Source: Proteromonas lacertae
Taxonomy: Eukaryota
DNA length: 64,000 nt
Direction of reading: 5' to 3'
Assembly (NCBI GenBank): GCA_002245135.1
Contig: NGBS01000587.1
Span: 124,001 to 188,000 of the forward strand
The notes below the pieces were generated by a model, which saw nothing but the letters and a program-made list of their open reading frames with translations, had not been told where the DNA came from and searched no databases. Position numbers and translations under genes: made by a program. Below, in pieces: positions 1 through 15,334 of this stretch (its first letter is position 1; each line of letters begins with the position of its first letter).

Positions 1-3000
1 TCAATATATATTACCAACATCTTATTATACTGTAAGAATATCAGCTGTAAATAAATATGGAGTTAGTAAACCTATAGAAATTAAGCATATTTATACAGAA
101 CCAAAATCAGATAGTATTCCAACAATACCAAGATCATTCTATGTAAAACCTGTGTTTAAAGGATTAGAGTTATATTATGATGAACCATTGTATTATGGTG
201 AAGCAACTGAAATAGATAAATATATAACTCAATGTTCAACCAGTAGAGATTTCTCATCATTTGCATATTATAATGAAATATTGTCACAACATGAAATACA
301 ACAGATTGACACTAATTTACCATCTGGATCTGTAGTTGATATAACATTTGGAGGAAGAACAGTGAATTGGACATTAGGCGGTGAAGAAACAGGTTATAAA
401 TTGATGAAAATATTAGAAGATCTAACAGGATCAACAGTTTATCAACAATTCCCAATATATATTGATGGTAGATCAAAAGGTGGTATTTATAAATATACAA
501 TTACATTTAACTATACATGTGATAGTATTGAATTATTAAAAGTGAGAAGTAATGGTTAGACCATTAGAAGTTAGTCAATATTTAAGAGTGACAAGAATTC
601 AGAGAGGAAAGTGTAATTTATCTCCATTTGAATTAACCAATGAAATTCAAACTTTAAAATTGACAATTAATAATGATGATGAATTTAAATTAACATTTGA
701 TGATTCAGATAAAACAGAAGTTATAAGATATGAAGGAAAAGATTTAACAGATAAATTACAAACAGCATTAGAATCATTTACATCAAGAATATCAAGAGTA
801 AAAGTGAATAAAGTATCAAATGAAGATAATTTATATGAAATTACATTTACTTCCATTGTTGGTCATTTACCATTAATACATGTAGTTAATAATAATAATG
901 TGAAATCAGAGAGTTATTACAAAGTAAGAGGTTTACAGAATAAAGATTATAGATTATATCCATTAGATTATAATACAACATATTATTGTAGAGTAAGAAC
1001 ATCATTAAGTGAATATACAAAACCAATTGAATATAGAAAACTAACAAGACCAACTCCACCACAGAATTTAACATTAGAAATATTAGGAATTGATTCAATA
1101 GCAGTGAAAATAATAGATTATGATTTTGAAGATGGATTTAAAGATGTTTTATATTATAGATTAACTTGGTATACACGCAGTGGAACATTTGCTATTCAAT
1201 CAATTCAAGTAGAAGTTCCAATAGTTAGACAATATGAAGAACAAGATGTATATATTTCCAAATCATTAAATTACTTCCAATTATTCTTATTATCTGAAAT
1301 AACTGAAGTATATGAAACAGATGTGAATGTTACAATATTATCGATGAAAATACAAAACGGATTAGAAAAATTTACTTTTATAACAGAATCACAAGTTGAA
1401 TGTAAAGATGAAGAAGCATATATTCATTGTCATGTTAAAATGTTAAGTCATTATGGTGATTTACCAATATTAACAACCTATCCAGATGGAAATAGTATTA
1501 TTTTACCAGATAGAGATGGTTCATCATTTGATTTTGGTGATTTTAGTATTTGTTATTCGGATTTATTCATTGAATGTACAGATTATATTCCATACAATGC
1601 TAGTAATGATGATGTGAAAGAAGCTTTATCATCAATTACTCAGATTGGACCAGTTGATGTGAGTAGATTAGATGAAAGAAATACACAAAGTACAAAATTC
1701 ATTTGGTATATAACATTCTCCAATGAATTTAGAGATGTAAAGCCATTATACATTAAATATGATAAATTCATATTAAGTCAAGATAAATTAACTACAAAGT
1801 TAATGCAAGAATCAAAATGGGAAGAAATGCATCAATCTGAACCAATATATGATATTAGATATACTTACAACATAACAGGTTTAAGTAATAAAGTAACATA
1901 TGTAATTGCTCAATCATACAATGATCAAGGATATAGTGAATATATTCGAAGTAGTCCAGTATCAATTATACCATGTGATATACCAGAAGTTCCACAAGAT
2001 TTACATGTTATTACATTAAGTCAATCAATATTGAAGATACTCTTTAAACCTCCAGAGTTTAATGGAGGTAGTAATATACTTTATTATGTAATTAAATACA
2101 GTCAATCACAGAATAATCAGCCAAGAGTAATATCATTTGATTTGAATAGTTACATGTTTAGTGATTATCAAATGCAATCTAATGGTTATTATTACTACAA
2201 TCTAAGAATTGAATATTCAGAAACACCAATATATATTACCGTTTCAGCTGTAAATGCAAGAGGAGAAGGTGAACCAGCCAGAACAATCGGTTATCCAGAG
2301 AAACAATTACCAGGAAATCCAACAATTATATCAGCAGAAGCATTATCAAGAAATGAAATAAAAATACAATGGAAACCATCTACAACAGAAGGTACAAATT
2401 ATGGTGGTAATGGAGGTGAGCCAATAATGAATTATTATATAATATATGATAATTCACCAATGTTTTTAAATCCAACATCAATATCAGTACATGCTTCTTA
2501 TAGAGAATATATTATTAATGATAGAGGTTTGAAGAAGTTTGGTAATCCAACTTATGTTCGATTATTCGCTAAGACATCATTTGGTGTAAGTTCTCCATCT
2601 AATAATATGAAAGTAGAGTTTAAAGAATCATATCCTCCAGATTTAATACCAAACATTACCGTTGGACCAAATAGTTATCCAAACAGTATTACCATTGTTT
2701 GGCCAGTTCCAAAATCATTTGGTGATTATATTCCATTATACTTCGAGATCCAATATATTAGAAATTCATTATTCTCATCAGAGACTGAATTAACTAGAAG
2801 ATTGCTATCTGATGCTGTGAAAACAGGTAATTGGTATACTGAAAAGGTGTATATTAATCAAGAAGTACAATCTATTGATATAAATAAAAATGTGAATTAT
2901 AAACAAGTTAGTTTTGACTTTTTATTACCAGTTAAAACACAACATATTACAATAAACCCATCATTTGAAAATATAAACGAAAAGGGAGAATTACCAGTAG

Positions 3001-6000
3001 TACAATATACAACACAAGGTATTGATACAGATTCAACAGTGATGAAGATTCAAATAGGCAATGTAGAAAGTGATTATTATCCACAGAAGTATATATTTAC
3101 TGCAAGTAGTAGAAAACACCCAACTCAACAACAATTTGTATTTACTACACCATTCTCTCCATCTATTTATGATATTACATTCAAAGATAAAGAAGCTGTA
3201 AATACAGTTTATACGTTTGATAAATCAGATTGTGGAAATACACCATTAATTACTGTATTAGAGTATTCATTGTATTACAATAATACATTACATACATATC
3301 CATTAAAGACAGTAAAAATAGAAAAATGGGATGAATTAGAAGGAAAATTGTTAGAATTGTTTGAGAATAGACCAACATATATTAAAGAATATGAAGAGAA
3401 TGAAGATTTAATCAATTGTACAATAAGCGAAGATAATAATACATATGTATGTGAATTTAGTGATTTATTTACTGAATTTAAATTAACATCAAATGCAAAA
3501 CCAACTTGTTTGAATAGAACAATTGTAGGTCATGTTATTGCATCAAATACTGAATATAAAATAGAATTTAATACAACAGATATTGTGTCAAATAGAAATT
3601 ATTCGACTAAATCAAATGAAGTTTCAGTAATATTTACTTATGGAACATCAGTAGATGATTTATCAAAAATGATTAATGATATTTTACACTGTGAAAATTG
3701 TTTAGAAATTGTGCCAAGACCAATAGATGAAAGTAATGGAGTTGTCTATCGATTTATATATAATACTGAAGGATCATTCCCACAGCCACAAGTTTATCAG
3801 AAGAATACAGATAGATTAATTGAAGAAGGTGAAGATGAATTTAGTAATGAATTAAATGTAGAAGAAGTACAACATAGTTCATTCATTAATGATTTTATAT
3901 TATCAATACATTATGAAAATGATGAAAAAGAATATAATATAACAATTCCATCATTTAATGAAAGAAGATTGTGGAATGATAGTTATAATTACGTTGAAGA
4001 ATATAATGATGTATTATGTGAAGAGTGTAATATATTAGTTAACCAATCATTGATCAATATAGAAAATAAATTCTATTCAGGTGATTTTATATTCGAAATA
4101 TTATACGATGGTTTTGCAGGTAGATTTAATAATGTTGAAGATGTTGAAAGTTTTACTAAGAATGATTTAATTGTTGAAGAAATAAATACTACCTTTATAT
4201 CAGTTGATATTGGATCTCAAGTAATAGGTAATTTCAGTTTTATATTGAATGATGATAGAGACAATAATGTTACTACAAACATGACATATCTTACTGATTT
4301 TGAAGAGTTAATTGATGGAATGGAGAAGTTATTAAATGGAATATTTGGTGTAAGAAACTTTTCAATAACCAATTTAACTGAATTTGATAGAGATTATGGT
4401 ATAGTCATTGAAATTACTTTGAATTCAACTGAACTAAGAGGCAAACAACCAGAAATGTTTATTCAGACTTATTTGGATGATTCAAACATAAAGCTTGAGG
4501 CTATATATGGAAGTTATTTCACTGGTGATTTGAAATTGAAATATACAAATAAGAATATCGTCAGTATTCCAATAGATTTAACACCCGAAGAATTAGTATT
4601 GAAATTTGGTGAATTATATGGAGTTCAAGGTTATAACAATACAATGGAAGTAGAGGTTGATGTAATTGATAAATATATGAATGTAAGAGAATGGATAATA
4701 TCTTTAAATGACAATGTATTAGTGAATAATTCAAAAGAATATGTATGGGGACCTTTAACATTTATTAATGATCCAATACCAACAATAATCAATACACCAT
4801 TATTTGTAGTTGATAATATTCCAAGAAATAATCCAAATGTAGTAAATATAACCTTACCAATGATGGCAGTTAAACCATCAGTTGATGATTATAGATTAAA
4901 AATTGATACTACAAAGTGTATTACTTGTTCTAGTAAAACAATAAGATATTCATTACCAATACCATACAATGCAGATGAACAAACAGTGAAGAATATTCTA
5001 GAAAGATCTGATAATATTGGTAGTGTAGAAGTAACTAGAGAAGATGTGAATGAAACATCAGGACAATATACATATTACATTACATTTACTGAAGATATAA
5101 ATGGTGATGGATATGGATCTTTATGTTTAGAAAACAATGAAGATTGTAAACCAATTGAAGTATATATGCCTAATGAAAATAGAGTTTTAGAAGATATTAT
5201 TCCACCAACAAGTGAAGTAATATCCTTAGGAAAGTCATTGTTTGGAACATTCAAAGTTGATATTTATTCATTACCAAGTCCAGATAATTGTACATTTGAA
5301 ATCGATGTAGATTCTGATTATGAAGTTGATATTGAAAAGAAGATATATACAAGTTGTTCATTCATAAAGAAAGTAAAAGTTGAAATAGAAAGAAATAAAT
5401 TCAATTTACATACTTATCATATCTATTTCATTAGAAGAACAACAAATATCCCAGCAACATCAGGATTATTTACATTTACTACAGAATCTAGTTTGAAATA
5501 TTTGAAATCATTATCAACTGTAAGATTATTATCATTACACGAAAAAGGAGAAGAAGATGAAAATGATGAAAAGAAAGTGAGAAGACAAATACTCTATTCA
5601 TCATTATTAAAAGAAGGATTAGGAAATGTTACAGTAGAGACTGTGGAAGGAATAGAAGCAGCAACAGATACATTAATATTTGAAGTAAGAACACATAGAG
5701 GTATTTCACCAATAGTAATTGAATTTAATAAGACTTTTACAATTGAAGATCTTGTGAATCAAATATTAGATGGAAATTATTCAGATAGTCAAATTAAAAT
5801 ATTTGTAGAAGCTAAAGAGATTGGTGACGGATGGGATAATGAGGTAATAACCTCAAAATCAGCTTTAGGTGGTTATAGATTTGTATTTACAGTATTATCA
5901 AATCCAAGTATTAGTGATTCAGCAGCTTATCCAAGAGGTACTTGTGGTTCATCAACTGCATTATCAATTGAATATAATAACAATAAATTATCACAAACAC

Positions 6001-9000
6001 TAGTACAAGAATGTAATTCAGAAATAACATCTTATGATAGAATGTATTTAACATATAAAGATAAGAAATCATATATATATCCATTGAGTTTAGGAGAAAC
6101 ACAATTCTTATCTGATTCAATATCAGATTTGACTGAATTGGGAAAAATACAGATTATTAATGTTGAAGCATCATTTAAAGAAGAAGTGAAAGATGTTTTA
6201 GGAGATATAAATAGAGGTGAAATTGTATTTAAAATGAATAAAAACAATAATGATAAATCATTAAAATCTGATTTAGTTGAAGGTGATGAGATATTAATCG
6301 ACAGATTTGATAGTGAAAATTATGATTATGATGTGAATAATAGACATATTCTATTATCTAAAGAAAATACAATTACATATGATAATATTATTACATTCTC
6401 AAGTATTGATAAAAGATTGATTAAAACTGGTGATGTGTTGTATATTAAAAACACAAAATATACAATAAAGAACGATTTAATTCCAACAGCAACATTTGAT
6501 TTGAATGTGATTGATGGGAAATCAGTTGGTTTTATATTCAATGGAATAGATTCAGAATGTATTAATGATATATCAGATGCAAGTGAAATAGAGAATAGAT
6601 TAAAATCAACAATATTTGAAGGTAAAGATATAGAAGTATTGAAGAATAATACTAATAACAAATTAACAATTTATTTCTTAGATTCATATTATTATAATAT
6701 AAATATTACTCAAATGGTACAAAATATATCAATATATAGTTGTTTATCTCCGGAATTAGTAGAAAATGAGAATTATGCAATAGAATTTGAGTATTATGTT
6801 ACTTCTTATATCTCATTACAACATAATAAAAAGAGTACAGAATGTTTATTATATTCAAATAATGAAAATATAAAGAATAAATTGAAGGAATTATTAGTTG
6901 ATACAACTGAAATAATGGAGATAGTACATATTGAATATACATTCAGATATTATAAAGATAATATTTATCATTTGAAATTTGTATTAAATGTATTAGAACC
7001 GTTAGATTTTGATATCGAAGAATTTAGAAAACAATTTACCATTGTTAATTGTACAGAAATATCATTACATTATTTACCAGTAAGAGAAATATATGAGAAT
7101 GTATATTCAATTGAAGATGAAGAGTTTACAGTTAGTTTTGGTGGTAAATCAATTACATTAGATTTAGAATCACAAACAATAACATCAGTACAAGAATCAT
7201 TAACACAATTCTTAGGAATTGTAGATAAAGTAGAAATAATTTATTCTAACAAGACAAATGAAGAAAAAGAAGAAAGAATAATGAAAGAATCAACTGAAGA
7301 TGATAAGAGTAATTTGAATGGTGTTTATTTCTATATTTATATAACATGTGATGGATGTTTTAATAATAGTCTATTTGATATAAAGAATGGTGAAATGTTG
7401 ATGAAGAATAACTACAGTAATGAGAATGTGATGTTGTTATATGAAATGATATTTGATTATCCAATAACTATTATGGATAATATTGTGTATAGTTATTCAT
7501 CAAAAGTTAGTAATAAAATAACTGATGTTTTACCAATAAATGAAATTTACAGTTTAGATAATAAAGTTGTATTTAGTGTAAATAAAGAAAAGGAAGATGA
7601 AATGAATAGAAAATTGTTCTATTATTATAGTAATATTGAATCAGAAGATACTTACATAACTGTAGAAAAATACAACTTTATTGATATATTATATAATAAT
7701 AATTCTAATCCATATTCATTCTTATATCATGGAAAGATCAGTAAATGTATGAGTTATGAGGAGATTAATACAGAATTACCACTTCTATTAGGAATAAAAG
7801 ATTTAGTAGTTGAATATGATGAATATAGTCACATTTATTTGATTGATAGAAATAATGAGTTTATTGTTAGTGATTTATATATGAGAGAATGTCCTAAAGT
7901 TAATCAAAATGAAAAGAATATAACATTATCATTCTCATTATATAATGAAAATACTGACAGTATGAGAGGAATAAGTGAAAAAGAAGGATTTTATATTATA
8001 TTAATATCTGGTAAGAAAATGGTAAAATGTCATTCTGAGAGTGGATGTGATAAAGAAGAATTGAATGAATTAATTGATGGAGTAAATGTTACAGAATCTT
8101 CTATTAAAGAAGATGAACTAATTATAGCTTTTGATACTAATGAATTGATAGATGAATTATTATATACTTACTACAGAATTGAATCAATTAAAGATGAAGA
8201 TGAAGAAATTGAGGTAATAAATGATATATCTGATTATGATGATGATAAGAGTGAAAATAATTATAATAAAGTATTATTAGAAGATGTATGTCCAGATAAT
8301 ACAATCAAAGCAAATGGAAAATATAGAGCATCATTATCTTATAGATTCAACAGTAGTTGCTATGAAAGTTATGAATTAGAAGATTTACAAAATGAACTAA
8401 CAAAAACAAAACAAATAGGAGTAATATTATACAATAGAAATAATGAAATAGAGTTATATGTTAATAGAAAACTAAGTAAACAATTAGAAATTGAATTTAG
8501 AGGATATAATGATGAAGGATGTAATGGTAAGGAGAATATTTATAAATATGCAATACCAACAACTGATAATGAGAATGATTATAGAATAACACCCAATGAA
8601 TGTCCATTACCTGTAAGAAATGTTGATATATATAAATATCAACAATCTTATATAGTCAAGAGTATTGATTATAATAAAAACACAATCACAATTGATCCTC
8701 CATACAATGGTGCATTTAGTAGAAATCTAAAGATTTATAGAGAGAATGGTAAAGTATATAATATCAAATACTTATCATTATATGATAATGTACCATTAAT
8801 GAATATAACAATAATACCATATAAGAAAGATAGTAATATAAATTATAAAGTAAAACAATATGTAGAAGCTTATATACCAACATCATATGTTATAAGAGAT
8901 TTGGATAATACATATTATTATATTAGAATGAGAACTTCATCATATGATGATATTGGTTATATCTACAAGAGTGATTGGTCAAATGGAATTATTTACAAAC

Positions 9001-12000
9001 CAAAATCAAAGTTATTACCACCAACAAATGTTGTAGTAGATAGATCAATAAGAAGAGATCAAGTTGCAATGATTAAAGTGAGTGATGTGGCGATATATGA
9101 AAGATATAGATTAAGTATCAATGCACCATTAACACAACAATTATATACAATAGAAACACCATTATCAGGAAGAATATTAGAAGATAATAATGAAGTGTTT
9201 AACTTCACAATACCTGATTATTTATATATCAATAGAACAATTTCCTCAAATGATAATATAATTAATATTAAAGTAAACAATATCAATGAAGTAGATTTTG
9301 ACTTTGTTACTGGTACAATTCCTTTAATAATTGATAATGATAAGACAATATGTTTGAAGTTTAATCCAAATGATAATAATTTTGAAGATTTATTAGATTT
9401 ATTATTACCATATGATGAAGAAGAAGAAGATGCATTTGTATTTTTAGACTCATTTGAACAATATTTCAAAGTTACAATTGTAATAAAATCTAATGTTAAA
9501 TTACCTGTTATTAAATTGAATGGTATTGATGGAGAATGTAATGGTTCATTATTAGCAGTATCAGAATTAACAATATTAGAGGGAAAATCAATGAGTGAGA
9601 TGAATTCATTTGATTTTAATAATTTAATATCATTTTTACCTCATACTTACAACAGTATAGGTGGAAGAATGGTTAATGATGGAAAAGTGACTTATACAAT
9701 ATCATCACAATACAGCAGAATACCGTTAATACAATGTACTAATTGTAATATAACAGAAGTAATAAGAGGTAATATATTAACAGGTAATTTTAGTATTTAT
9801 TATAAAGAAAAAGAATGTAGTGTATTATATCCACCAACTAAATTAGCAATTGAGAAATGTTATTATGAATTATTTAATTTAGAAATACATGTAACATCAA
9901 TGAGATTAAGTGGTAATGGAATAGAAATGATTATTGATTTTAGAGAAATAGGAAATAATGGAGAGTTTATTATTAATGATTCTAACTTGGATGGTTATAG
10001 TATTAAAGCTCAGATAGAACCAGTAATTGTAAGTTCAATAGTAGAAGGTAGTTTTACATTAAAATATGGTAGTAAAGTATCAGAAGATATTAATATTGGA
10101 ATAAATGAAGAAGAATTAACTGAAATATTGAATGAATTATACAGTTTAAATACAATAAAAGTTTCAAAAGGAAATGATGAAGAAAATGAATATTATGTCA
10201 CATTTGTTGATTCTACAGTTGAATATAAATTACCAATAGTTGATAATACAGATAATTTGAAAGGAATAAAACCAAAAGTGTCAATATATGAAGTTCAATC
10301 AATGATAGAAACAACAGATACAGAATTATCATTGTCATTTAATCCACCAAAAGATATTACCCATTTGAAATATTACAAAGCATATAGTGATATATCAGAA
10401 TATTATAATACATCAAAATTACAAAGTTTTATTTACAATGACTATTATACAGTTTATTACACTCAATATTTGAAGTTTGAAGAAGGTAATTGTAGTTATA
10501 CAAAGAGAGATTATTATAATCTAAGATATGGAGATGAAACAACAGGAATATTATATCATAACTCACCAATATCAGATATGAGAGGAGAATTAGAAAAATT
10601 AGAGAATGTAAATATAGTGAATATAGAAACAGTAGATTGTATTAAACAAGAAACAACTCTGTCAATATGTATAAACGAAATTGGAGAAATAGAAATGAAT
10701 GATACTGAAAGTGGTGATGATTTGACATATTTCAATAAATTCTATATATTGAATAATGGTAGTTATTATTTATGTTATATGGAAGAAGGTAGAATCTATT
10801 GTGATGATAGATCAAAGTCAATAATATCAAAATGTGAAGATTTAGATGAGAAAGATGATAGTGATACTAATATTTATATAGACACAAATTGTGAATATAA
10901 ATTTGAGTTTACATCAGTAAATAAACCAATGATATTGGAAGTAATAAATCATATATCATATTGTAATCCAATTATAACTACAAATCCATGTATTAAATGC
11001 ATGCAAATAAGAAACTTAAATTCTGAGAATGAATATTATATCAAAGTATCAGCTGTTAATACTGAAGGTCAAAGTGAATATCAAGAAAGTGAAAAATCAC
11101 CAATTAAACCATCATCAATACCATCAGAACCGTTAAATGTAACAATGGTATCGATGAGTAAATCATCTATAAAAGTAAGTTGGGAAAGACCAAAATCAAC
11201 TGGTGGATTAGATATAAATAAATATATCGTACAAATATCCTATTATTCTGATTTCAATATAATACTACAAGATTTAGAAGATGGAACAATACCATTCAAA
11301 ATGTCAGTAGTATTTAATAATCTAAAACCAAGTATGGAGTATTATTCTCGTGTATTAGCTTACAATGATATATCTTATGAAGTAGCAAATATAGAATTGG
11401 AAGGTAAATGGGGTGTATGTGAATATTCATTAGAACCTGTTGATTTATTACCTGACTCACCATTGACACTGAGAATATTGAAATATGATGAAACAACTAT
11501 AAGAACAATGATTTGTAAACCAGAAAGAAATGGTGGATTCGAAATAGATAAATTCTATTTGGAATATATTGTTAGTAAAGAAGAAAATATTGAAGAAAGT
11601 GATGAAGACTATATTTCCTTAACAATTCCAATAACAACAAATACAATTACCTATCCTCATCCAACAATAAGAAATGAATATGAATATTTATATGATGTTA
11701 ATAAGTTAAAGATTAATAATTATTATAAATTCAGAGTTTGTTCACATACAGCTAAAGGTAATAGTAGTTGGACTTATTCAACTCCAGAAGTATTATATTT
11801 ATCAAAATCAGAAGTGAATAATGAAGATTATCACTTAGAAGTTAATGTAAATGAAATGACAGAGACTATGAATCATAATATTACAGTTAGATGGAATTCA
11901 GTCAATAATTTGAATGTTTCACATTATAATGTGATATTCTATCAAGCAGATGCATTTATTCCAACTGTTCATCAAATTACAATACCAAAATCAGATTCTA

Positions 12001-14591
12001 ATTCAATTACAATGAATTATATATTTGATAAACAATATTCAGCAACAATCAGTAGTGAGAATTATAAAGATTTAGTAAAGTTCAGATATGAATTAATGAC
12101 ATTAATTCCACAGATAGGAAATATCAAAGTTAATACAATAGACTCTGTTAGTAGTTATATTTATACAATAACATACTTAGATGAAATAGAAATTCGTGAT
12201 GTTGATGTAAATGGTGGAACCTTTAAAAGAATATCAGATGGAAATCCAATCAATGGAAATCATGAAGTTCAAGAGATTACATTGTTATTATCATCTCCAA
12301 CAAGACCATATATAATATATAATAATGAATATATTTATGGTGATTATATTATTGTGTCTGAATCAAATAAATGTGATGATATTATAGACAGAGTAAAAGC
12401 TTCATTTGAATCAATTCGATATTTAGGAGAAGTAGAAATAAAGAATAAGAACAATAATCGAAATAAGAATGAATGTGTATTTTTAATAGAATTTTTATCA
12501 AGCTTTGATGACATACAACAGATTTATATGGAAAGTGGTTCTACTGTTAAAGATTCTACATTATTATATTCATTAATTGTTGCTGAAGGCACATCAGTTG
12601 GAAGAAAACCATATTTATATAATAAATACACAGTTGAATCTAATAATAAAGATGTGAAAATCAATAAATTAACAATCAATGAAAGAATCTATTCCAATCG
12701 AAATTATTCAATCGAAATACAAACATGTTATAGTAATAATTATTGTACAAAATTAACTAAACCAACATTATTCAATGTAAAACCAACTAAACCATCTGAA
12801 CCACAGAACTTATATGTAGAAAAGAGTGATTTATTAAATTCAATATCAGTTCATTATGAAGAGCCATTAGATATAGGTCATAATCCAATACAATATTATA
12901 TGATAGAATTAAGTGATAATTTGAGATTTTTACCATCTTATAATCGATTAAATATAAGAATAGATGAAGATTTTATATATGAAAGAAATGTAATTGGATG
13001 TAAAGAGAGTAATTATGAAATATATTCAATCTGGTCATTATTTGTTCCTCAAAATGATGTAAATGACTTTACACTAACAGTTAATTCAACTGTTGAATCA
13101 ACTACAGTAAACTTGAGTAATGAATTAGTTGGTTTAAGAAAAGAAGAAGCAAATGGTAATATATATGGAGATAATAGTGGTAAAGGATCAATACAATCTG
13201 CCTTAGAATCATTGGAATATATAAATGAAGTTAATGTTGAAACAAATACAGTAGAGAATGGAAGATTATTTATAATTACTTTTATTGATCCAGTGCAAAA
13301 TATAACATTATCTTCATCAAATGAAAAGATTATATTAGAAAGATTATCATATTCGTTTGAATCTCCTTCAAGATGTAGTAACACATTAATAACCATAACT
13401 GACTTAAATCCAAACCAAAGATATTTTTTAAGAGTTGCAGCCTATAATGGATTTTTATTATCTGATTATGCTACAATAACAAGTCCAATAGAAATAGTCA
13501 CAATTCCATCAATAATCAATGATTTGAAGGTTTATCCATCATCTGATACTAGTTTATTAGTTCAATTTACAAAAGCAGAAGAAAATGATTTATATGTAAT
13601 TGAATGTGATAGTTCAAATGATTTCGATAGTAATAAAGATAGTCCATTTATAATTAATGGAAAAGCATTCACATCTGAATATATCGAAGTGGTATATAAT
13701 AACAATAGTGATATAATGTTATTACAATTGAGATTATTACAATCAAGAAGTGAAGTAAATGTAACATTTAGACAATTAATAAAAGGACAAGAATATTATA
13801 TTCGATTGAATTCTCACAGTAGTATTGGATGGGCTGAGCCAACTAATTATGTAATGGAAATACCACAAGGAATACCAGAAATGCCTCATTCAATTGATGT
13901 AGGAATAACAGACGATCATAGTATAACAGTAAGAGTTAATCCAATCAAACCAGTAGATGTGACAATAATAGGATATATAATAGAATATGACGAAAGTATA
14001 GAGTTTTTAGAGCCAAAAGAAAAGTATTTGAATATTACTAATAGTTATTCTTTAACAATAAATGAGCTATATACAAAACAGAAATACTATTTTAGAGTTA
14101 GATCTGTCAATAAATTTGGAGTTAGTGAATGGTATAGAAATTATGAAAGTTATGAACCTCATATTGTTGCTCCTGGTTTTGCAATTATCAAATCATTTTA
14201 CAATAGAGGTAAATTAGTATATTTGAAAGTAGAAGCTCCAATAGTTCCGCATCATGGCATCTGGTGTTCTGGTAGTTTGAAAGCAGAAAAATGTAATATT
14301 CATGTATTAGAAAATGGTGAAAATAGTAGTATAGCTGATGGTGGAAGTAAAATAATTAGATATGTAGTAGAATATTCATTAGATAAAGAATTCAATAATT
14401 CTAGATTATTTAACTATGAATTACAGGAAGATGGAATTTATGATTGTTTTATCAGTTTGAGTGTTCCATATGATGGAGAATGGTATTTCAGAGTATATGC
14501 TGAGAATAAATATGGAAGAATGGTATATTGTGATAAAAGTATTGATGAAAATAATGATTGTAATGGAGAAAGAGTAATTATAAATACATAA
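1..14591 (+). CDS. Giant fibronectin type III repeat (titin-like) protein, 5'-partial
   Basis: Frame 2 is open from base 2 (..SYYTVRISAVNKYGVSKP..) to the stop at 557-559. It continues after a +1 shift in the 4679-aa ORF 552-14591. Many FN3 signatures are present (PxxP..W..P...GG..I..Y; YYxRVxAxNxxG) plus a recurrent IPYNAS..VK..L..IGxVxVxR..WxITF module. No intron is needed over 14 kb. Confidence 0.85.
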
Positions 14592-15334
14592 AAACTATTA
14601 TAGATAATATTATTATTAAATTTGTTTTTTTAATGAAATACAAATTCAAATAACAATTTTATAATGAATTTAAAGTAAAATGATTTTAATTGTGTTTTGT
14701 CTATATTTTCTTTTACAGCTACAGATATTAAATAGTGTATAATCTTTTAATCTTTTCTTTAACATTTTTAATCCTTTTTCACCCATTCCAATGTCTATTT
14801 AAAATATAGAATTCATTAAATACTTGAAAGATATAGTGATGAAGGAGTCAATTAATACATTAGATCTGTTTAATTAACGAAATATGAGAATAATTGATAT
14901 TCATATCGGCTTCAAAAAATATAGAATTTATAGTAATTCATGTTTTACAAACACAATTCTCAAAGAATGATAGTTTGGTGATTATATGTTTGTGAATGAT
15001 TAGTTTAAGAACATTATAAGATATACATATTGTTACTTCTGTATGTATTAGGCTCTTTTCTTTCTAATCACGATTTTCATTATAAAATTCGATTTTCACA
15101 TTATTTTGATTATATTCAACAGATTTATAAAGTTTAATCAGTATTAATATTTCGATTACACATATCTCTAATGGCAAATGTCTATTTTAGAGTTTTAATA
15201 TTTTAATTCATCAAAAGTGACATTATTCTTTTCATTTATAATGTTTATGAGTTTGTTTAATCATTCTAACTGTGTTACAGCTCAAAAAAAGTTATTCCAA
15301 CCCATCATTCTAACCCATTTTAAATTCTATTAAA

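Noticed and set aside
549..570. Ultra-short GT-AG intron to explain the FN3 frame break
   Set aside because: The 11- and 18-nt candidates give the wrong frame or a stop. A 43-nt option (525-567) fits the frame but removes coding-like sequence. One extra T is simpler.
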